A DNA stretch of 12,158 bases from a virus. Positions 7,365-12,158 of this stretch are shown here, one piece after another. A model generated the notes under the pieces. The model was not told the origin of the DNA. It searched no databases and saw nothing but the letters and a program-made list of their open reading frames with translations. The DNA lies in the UHGV virus genome UHGV-1877853; one strand, given 5' to 3'. Position 1 is the first letter of the stretch. Each line of letters starts with the position of its first letter. The translations under genes and the position numbers were made by a program.

Positions 7365-7747
7365 TGGCACATTCGATTACTGTAAGACTAAACAAGCCCG
7401 CAAGAGAGTTTCAGGCCGGGGAAAATATCGGATTCAACATCCGTGCTGGCGTTCAGTATTACGATCGCCAGACAAAAAAGAAAGAATGGACAAACTACAG
7501 CGCCGTTGTATTTGCCAAGCCGGGAGCGCAAGCGGATTACTACCGTAGTGTTCTTGTTGAAGGTGGCATTGTGGAAATTACCGGAGAAAACATCAGGGTT
7601 GATGTTTATCAGGGGCAAAATGGTCAATCAATCACTCTTGAATTACTGAATGCAAAGATTGGATTTGCAGCTTCAGGAAATGGCCCGCAGCAGCAAAGTA
7701 GTAACCAGCAGAACACTCCTGTATACGACGATTCCATCCCATTCTGA
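7364..7747 (+). CDS. SSB-like OB-fold protein with a host-SSB-like acidic C-terminal tail (..YDDSIPF)
   Basis: ATG overlaps the erf stop (TAATG); C-terminus ends DDSIPF, resembling the E. coli SSB tail DDDIPF; Gln/Gly-rich linker before the tail. Confidence 0.65.
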   Translation: MAHSITVRLNKPAREFQAGENIGFNIRAGVQYYDRQTKKKEWTNYSAVVFAKPGAQADYYRSVLVEGGIVEITGENIRVDVYQGQNGQSITLELLNAKIGFAASGNGPQQQSSNQQNTPVYDDSIPF

Positions 7748-7770
7748 TTTAGAAAAATAAGGATTTAATT

Positions 7771-8064
7771 ATGCCAGCGCCTCTGTATGGTGCGGATGAC
7801 CCACGCCGCTGTTCCGGCAATTCCGTATCGGAGGTGCTGGATAAATTCAGGAAAAACTACGACCGGATAATGTCGCTACCGCAGGAAACGAAAGAGGAAA
7901 AGGAATTTCGCCATTGTATATGGCTTGCAGAGAAAGAAGAACTAGAGCGAATTTACCAGACATCAATCCGACCATTCCGCAAAGCCACATATACCCACTT
8001 CCCTGAAATTGACCCGCGCCTGCGTAATTACCGCTCACGCTATGGCGCTATCAGTAATGACTGA
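7771..8064 (+). CDS. Possible Abc2-like anti-RecBCD protein (97 aa)
   Basis: Position downstream of erf and 97-aa size fit P22 Abc2; the sequence match is from uncertain memory. AAGGA ribosome-binding site. Confidence 0.45.
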   Translation: MPAPLYGADDPRRCSGNSVSEVLDKFRKNYDRIMSLPQETKEEKEFRHCIWLAEKEELERIYQTSIRPFRKATYTHFPEIDPRLRNYRSRYGAISND

Positions 8065-8074
8065 GGAATTTACC

Positions 8075-8239
8075 ATGAGAGGACTTGCATACAATCCCGG
8101 TATTCTTCCGGCAGAAATGATTATTCGCCAACGCGTAAAGCCAATGCCATCGAGAGAGGAATTGCTTAAAAGAAATAGTTTCGGTTCTGTTAATGACAAC
8201 AAATATCTGAATGCGATGTTGCGGAGTGGGAAAAAATGA
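8075..8239 (+). CDS. Hypothetical small protein (54 aa); start could alternatively be ATG 8057
   Basis: GAGG ribosome-binding site 7 nt upstream of ATG 8075; stop overlaps the next start. Confidence 0.4.
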   Translation: MRGLAYNPGILPAEMIIRQRVKPMPSREELLKRNSFGSVNDNKYLNAMLRSGKK

Positions 8240-8709
8240 AACAAATGTCACTAATTGAGATGGATGGTTTTCTGAAAGGTAAATGCATCCCAAGTGATTT
8301 AAAGGTTAACGAAACAAACGCTGAATATCTGGTGCGTAAGTTCGGTGAGCTTGAATCAAAACTGGAAACGGCGTTGCGGGAGTGTCGTTCTGCTGGAATC
8401 ACGATTGATAACCTTGAGGCCAAGTGCGCGGCGCTGGCAGCGAAGAGTGCGGGGCTGAAAAAGTTCTGTGAAGACGCAGCGTTTGATGCTGATTATGAGT
8501 CAGAACTTCTTGGAGAACGCGGTGGATTTGTTGATGGGCTTAGCTTGGTAAAAACCCCAGCCACCGACGCTTTCCTGGCTGAAGTACGGGCGCATGGCGT
8601 GGAGATGGCTATGGAGCATATGCAGTCGAGCGGTTCGTTAACATTTGGAGATTGCTACATATCACTTAACGAGTTCGCCGCAGAGCTTCGCAAAGGAGGC
8701 AACCAGTGA
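8236..8709 (+). CDS. Hypothetical protein (157 aa)
   Basis: ORF in the tightly packed early-left array; ATGA overlap with the upstream gene. Confidence 0.6.
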   Translation: MKQMSLIEMDGFLKGKCIPSDLKVNETNAEYLVRKFGELESKLETALRECRSAGITIDNLEAKCAALAAKSAGLKKFCEDAAFDADYESELLGERGGFVDGLSLVKTPATDAFLAEVRAHGVEMAMEHMQSSGSLTFGDCYISLNEFAAELRKGGNQ

Positions 8710-9374
8710 GCAAGATTGACTATCAGGCACTGCGTGAGTTAGCAAAACAGGCAACACAGGGCGAATGGGTCGCATTTATTTCGCCGGGTACTGGTACGTA
8801 TGCGGTGCATACACCTGGTGATAAACGATGTGAAGACGTTATCAAATGGACCGGCTTTGATGGACAGAACAACGCAGAGAACAACGCTCGTTATATCGCA
8901 GCTTTCAACCCTGAAGTAGTGCTGGCACTACTGGATGAACGGGAAAGAAACCAGCAATACATCAAACGCCGTGACCAGGAGAACGAGGATATTGCGCTAA
9001 CGGTAGGGAAGCTGTTAATCGAAAACGGTCAGCTTGTTGCCGATACGCTACGCCACTTAGCTGATAACGAAATCGACTCTGATTATTTTGCTATCACCTC
9101 AACTAATGAGAACGGTACTGAAATTGATCATGAGATGTCTATTACCGATTACGCACTGCAAGCTGCCGGAACTGTAGACGAATTGGTTGCGGCGCTGGAA
9201 TCCGCAGAGAAGCGCATAGCAGAACTGGAAGCGCGGGAAATACTGCTCCCGGAACGTAGCAGCATGCTTCATCGAACAGATTTTCACGATGATTACCAAA
9301 CGGTAATGGCATACAAAGTTTCTGAAGTCATCGCTGCAATCCGCGCCGCTGGTATTCGCATCAAAGGAGAGTGA
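8706..9374 (+). CDS. Ead/Ea22-like family protein (222 aa)
   Basis: GTG start at 8706 with a strong AGGAGG ribosome-binding site 7 nt upstream; N-terminal ALRELAKQATQGEW motif is typical of Ead/Ea22-like prophage proteins. Confidence 0.6.
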   Translation: MSKIDYQALRELAKQATQGEWVAFISPGTGTYAVHTPGDKRCEDVIKWTGFDGQNNAENNARYIAAFNPEVVLALLDERERNQQYIKRRDQENEDIALTVGKLLIENGQLVADTLRHLADNEIDSDYFAITSTNENGTEIDHEMSITDYALQAAGTVDELVAALESAEKRIAELEAREILLPERSSMLHRTDFHDDYQTVMAYKVSEVIAAIRAAGIRIKGE

Positions 9375-9375
9375 T

Positions 9376-9951
9376 ATGACCACTATAACCGATAAGAAAC
9401 AGTATCCCAGCGATCAATATCTTAATGAGCTGGTCACCAACATGGAGTTTGCTGCAAGGGCACCAGTTGAAGTCGTGAGAGCGATGGCAGCAGAGCTACA
9501 GAAGCGGCGCGAAGCTGATAGTGCAGAACCTGTAAGCCAAACTTACAACTTGCCAGAATTAATCGAAGGCATGGAAGTTTCCATTGATGTAAGCACTTGT
9601 GATGCTGATTTAGGTAATCGCTATTTCGGCACCGTCACCGAGGCGTTAGAACTTGATACAGCCAAGAATGGTTACATCCTCTTGGTTCAGGACGCAGAGC
9701 CAAACTTCGATGTAAATGGCAACTCTCCGGTAACTCCGGATGGTTGGATAAGCTGTAGTGAGCGAATGCCAGATGATGGTCAGCACGTAATTATTTTATG
9801 TGATGGCGCATTCGTTCTTTATGCGCAATATCGAGACGGAGAGTTTTTCGATATTGTCCGCAATGGTGATGAATTTTTCGAAACACAGAGTCGCAATGTA
9901 ACCGACTGGATGCCTCTACCAGAACCGCCGAAGGAGGTTAACCGTGGCTAA
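9376..9951 (+). CDS. DUF551-like prophage protein (191 aa)
   Basis: C-terminal W.SCSERMPDDG...TDWMPLPEPP motif is characteristic of DUF551 proteins; GGAGAG ribosome-binding site. Confidence 0.6.
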   Translation: MTTITDKKQYPSDQYLNELVTNMEFAARAPVEVVRAMAAELQKRREADSAEPVSQTYNLPELIEGMEVSIDVSTCDADLGNRYFGTVTEALELDTAKNGYILLVQDAEPNFDVNGNSPVTPDGWISCSERMPDDGQHVIILCDGAFVLYAQYRDGEFFDIVRNGDEFFETQSRNVTDWMPLPEPPKEVNRG

Positions 9952-10228
9952 CCTGCAACTTGCCGTCAAAGGTGAATACTTCGATGCCATGATTCGCGGA
10001 GAGAAAACGGAAGAGTATCGCCTGTGTAATGACTACTGGAATAAGCGAATTATGTTCCGGGAGTATGACCGCCTGATTATCACAAAGGGATATCCGAAGC
10101 GTGACGATTCCAGCCGCAGAATTGACGTTCCGTATGGCGGTTATGAAATAAAGACAATCACACATCCCCACTTCGGCGATAAACCGGTAAAGGTGTTCGC
10201 GATAAAGGTGAATATCGACACTGAATAA
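9944..10228 (+). CDS. ASCH/PUA-like small protein (94 aa)
   Basis: GTG start with an AAGGAGG ribosome-binding site; N-terminal L.VKGEYFDAMIRGEKTEEYR pattern resembles ASCH-domain proteins; followed by two hairpin terminators. Confidence 0.5.
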   Translation: MANLQLAVKGEYFDAMIRGEKTEEYRLCNDYWNKRIMFREYDRLIITKGYPKRDDSSRRIDVPYGGYEIKTITHPHFGDKPVKVFAIKVNIDTE

Positions 10229-10263
10229 CAATCCTCGCACTCGCGGGGATTTCTTTTATCTGA

Positions 10264-10287
10264 ACTCGCTACGGCGAGTTTTGTTTT
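10264..10287 (+). terminator. Rho-independent terminator (second of two tandem hairpins after 10228)
   Basis: ACTCGC / GCGAGT stem with a TACG loop followed by TTTTGTTTT; preceded by a CCTCGC/GCGGGG hairpin with TTTCTTTT at ~10233..10257. Confidence 0.5.
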
Positions 10288-10300
10288 ATGGAGATGATAA

Positions 10301-10468
10301 ATGCACTTCCGAGTCACAGGTGAATGGAATGGAGAACCATTCAACAGAGTTATCGAAGCAGAGAACATCAACGACTGCTATGACCACTGGATGCTATGGG
10401 CGCAGATAGCACATGCAGACGTAACCAATATTCGAATTGAAGAACTGAAAGAACACCCAGCCGCCTGA
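10301..10468 (+). CDS. Hypothetical small protein (55 aa)
   Basis: ATG 10301 with a GGAG ribosome-binding site; bracketed by terminators; under the track size cutoff. Confidence 0.4.
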   Translation: MHFRVTGEWNGEPFNRVIEAENINDCYDHWMLWAQIAHADVTNIRIEELKEHPAA

Positions 10469-10480
10469 TGGCGGTTTTTT
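10459..10480 (+). terminator. Rho-independent terminator
   Basis: AGCCGCC / GGCGGTT stem with a TGAT loop followed by TTTTTT. Confidence 0.5.
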
Positions 10481-10491
10481 GGGGGTAGTAG

Positions 10492-10707
10492 ATGGCTGCA
10501 ATTCACATTGTATCAATAACATGCAATGCAATTCAGATAGTTGCTTGCATTATCTTTGTTTTCTCAATCCTTCGCTCCCGACGATATTCTCCAGCAATTA
10601 ACCGACATCCTGCTCAGGTTGAAGCCGTCAGGATGGCTATAGAGTTACGAAAGGAGATGAATAAGGCATTAATGGAGATGGAGAAACCATTCACTGACAA
10701 ACATTAA
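10492..10707 (+). CDS. Hypothetical small protein with a hydrophobic N-terminus (71 aa), possible membrane peptide
   Basis: ORF followed by a related terminator-like hairpin (~10767..10790); weak ribosome-binding site. Confidence 0.35.
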   Translation: MAAIHIVSITCNAIQIVACIIFVFSILRSRRYSPAINRHPAQVEAVRMAIELRKEMNKALMEMEKPFTDKH

Positions 10708-10807
10708 GAGTGGAAATAAAGAAATCACACCGCCTCACACTCGATGAGGCCTGTACATATCTGATAGAGCCGCTATATGGCGGTTTCTTTTTGCCTGGAG
10801 AATTAAG

Positions 10808-10999
10808 ATGACCGATACCAGCCTGATTCCTGAGAAAGAAGTGATGAACAAGCTCGGTGTTTCATCACGTCAGACAATCTTGAACTATACCAAACGGCAC
10901 GGATTTCCGAAGCCAGTCAGAACCCACCCAAAATCATACCTTCGTGAAGCTGTTGAAGGGTGGATTCTTAACGGTGGCGTTAACCAGAAATGCTCCTGA
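10808..10999 (+). CDS. xis: Excisionase-like small DNA-binding protein (AlpA/Xis family)
   Basis: 63 aa; GGAG ribosome-binding site; family-level resemblance to AlpA-type excisionases; directly adjacent to and converging on the integrase. Confidence 0.6.
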   Translation: MTDTSLIPEKEVMNKLGVSSRQTILNYTKRHGFPKPVRTHPKSYLREAVEGWILNGGVNQKCS

Positions 11000-12158
11000 T
11001 GTGCCAGAACAATTTATCAGCGTGAAGCTCATAAGCTTTGCGCTGAGCCTCTATCCAGTCGTGTTTATTGTACACGGACATTATCCCGCCAAGTTCATGA
11101 CCGAGCATTCGCTCAGTAACATGAGGCTCGACATTCATCTCGGACAGACGTGTAACAAGCGTTCTTCTGAAATCATGTGTTCGCCAGTAACCTAGATCCA
11201 TCCCTCCCCTTATTCTATTTACGAATCGGTTGGCTGCAGCGATGCTGATCGGTTTGTTTATGTCTTCTCCAGGGAAAAGAACATCATTGTACGTTGTCAT
11301 GGTCTTTTCGAGAAAAGGCTTAATTTGTTCGAAGATTGGACGACGGATAACATTACCCATCTTGCTATGCTCTTTCGGTACGGTCCATACGTTGTCCAGC
11401 AGGTCAAATTCTGTCTTTGTTGCCAGCCTAAGCTCTGAGAGCCTCGCCCCCCACAGCATAAGCATCTGATGAAGTAGCTTATTTGACGTAGACGCACGGC
11501 TTCTTTCAATAGCAAGCCAAATCTTAGCCAGTTCGTGATACGACAGTACCCGATCCCCTACCTCAGCGCGGGAGCCGAAGTCCCTTGGTTGGATGCTCAT
11601 AATTGCGCAACTATCTATCAACTGACGCCGCATGCACCAACTTATTGCTGATCTTAGTTGACTTAGCACCTGCCTTGCTCGGCGTGGATTATCTCTTTCT
11701 TCTTCGGTAAGCAGGTCAACCCATTGCTTAACCGTGATAGAAGATGCCGGACGATTAGGAAAGGCGTCATGCATGCGCTTCATAACCGTTGATCGGTAAA
11801 GTGCCTGGGTCTTTTCTCTGAGAGTTGTAGAGACGTAGTTGTCGAACCAGTAGTCGAGACACTGGGCGACCGTCATGGAGTTCTCCACCTTCTCTTCAAA
11901 ATAGGTGCGTGGATCCGTTCCTGAGAAATAGAGCTTTCGCAAGTCAGCAGTGATCTGTCTGGCATCCTTCAAAGACAGGGATGGGTATCGACCAAGCCCA
12001 AGTCGATTAGGCTTGCCATGCCAGCGATAGCGGTACTGGAACTGGATGACCCCCTTCGGTGAAATTCGTATGCTGAGGCCATCGGCATCAGCCACTTCTT
12101 GTGGGCCCGAATATGGTTTACCATAAATAGTACGCAGTTTTGTGTCGCTTATAGCCAT
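10980..12158 (-). CDS. int: Tyrosine-type site-specific integrase (P4-like architecture with N-terminal arm-binding domain)
   Basis: 392 aa; C-terminal catalytic signature (HDFRRT ... LGH ... SVYNKHDW with the presumed catalytic Tyr); the N-terminal pattern GL.IRISPKG...FQYRYR is typical of P4-family integrase arm-binding domains. The start codon lies at the window edge (12156..12158). Confidence 0.9.
   Translation of the reverse strand: MAISDTKLRTIYGKPYSGPQEVADADGLSIRISPKGVIQFQYRYRWHGKPNRLGLGRYPSLSLKDARQITADLRKLYFSGTDPRTYFEEKVENSMTVAQCLDYWFDNYVSTTLREKTQALYRSTVMKRMHDAFPNRPASSITVKQWVDLLTEEERDNPRRARQVLSQLRSAISWCMRRQLIDSCAIMSIQPRDFGSRAEVGDRVLSYHELAKIWLAIERSRASTSNKLLHQMLMLWGARLSELRLATKTEFDLLDNVWTVPKEHSKMGNVIRRPIFEQIKPFLEKTMTTYNDVLFPGEDINKPISIAAANRFVNRIRGGMDLGYWRTHDFRRTLVTRLSEMNVEPHVTERMLGHELGGIMSVYNKHDWIEAQRKAYELHADKLFWHIRSISG

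Noticed and set aside
10944-11515. ORFs inside or antisense to the integrase gene (10944..11195 +, 11230..11469 +, 11297..11515 -)
   Set aside because: They are embedded in the int coding region, whose 392-aa product has clear tyrosine-recombinase motifs; they are chance ORFs.

Overview
This window is the early/immunity region of a lambdoid (temperate, lambda-like) phage or prophage, read in the opposite orientation to the conventional lambda map. All protein identities below come from reading the translations against remembered lambda and P22 proteins; nothing was searched or aligned. From left to right: the 5' end of an O-like replication gene (-), a cII-like gene (-), nutR, cro (-), OR1-3, cI (+), a 301-aa non-Rex cargo gene in the slot where lambda carries rexA/rexB, a terminator, OL/pL, nutL, and N (+). 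Downstream of N the pL operon carries four AT-rich genes of unknown function, then a P22-type recombination block (cIII-like, kil-like, Erf, an SSB-like protein, a possible Abc2), then Ead/Ea22-like, DUF551-like and ASCH-like accessory genes, small terminator-bracketed genes, and an excisionase-like gene (+) converging on a tyrosine integrase (-). No rRNA, tRNA or CRISPR array was seen. The best candidate for an undescribed or recently described system is the 301-aa gene at 1808..2713, in the lysogen-expressed slot next to the repressor; the unknown genes at 3530..6209 just after N are secondary candidates.
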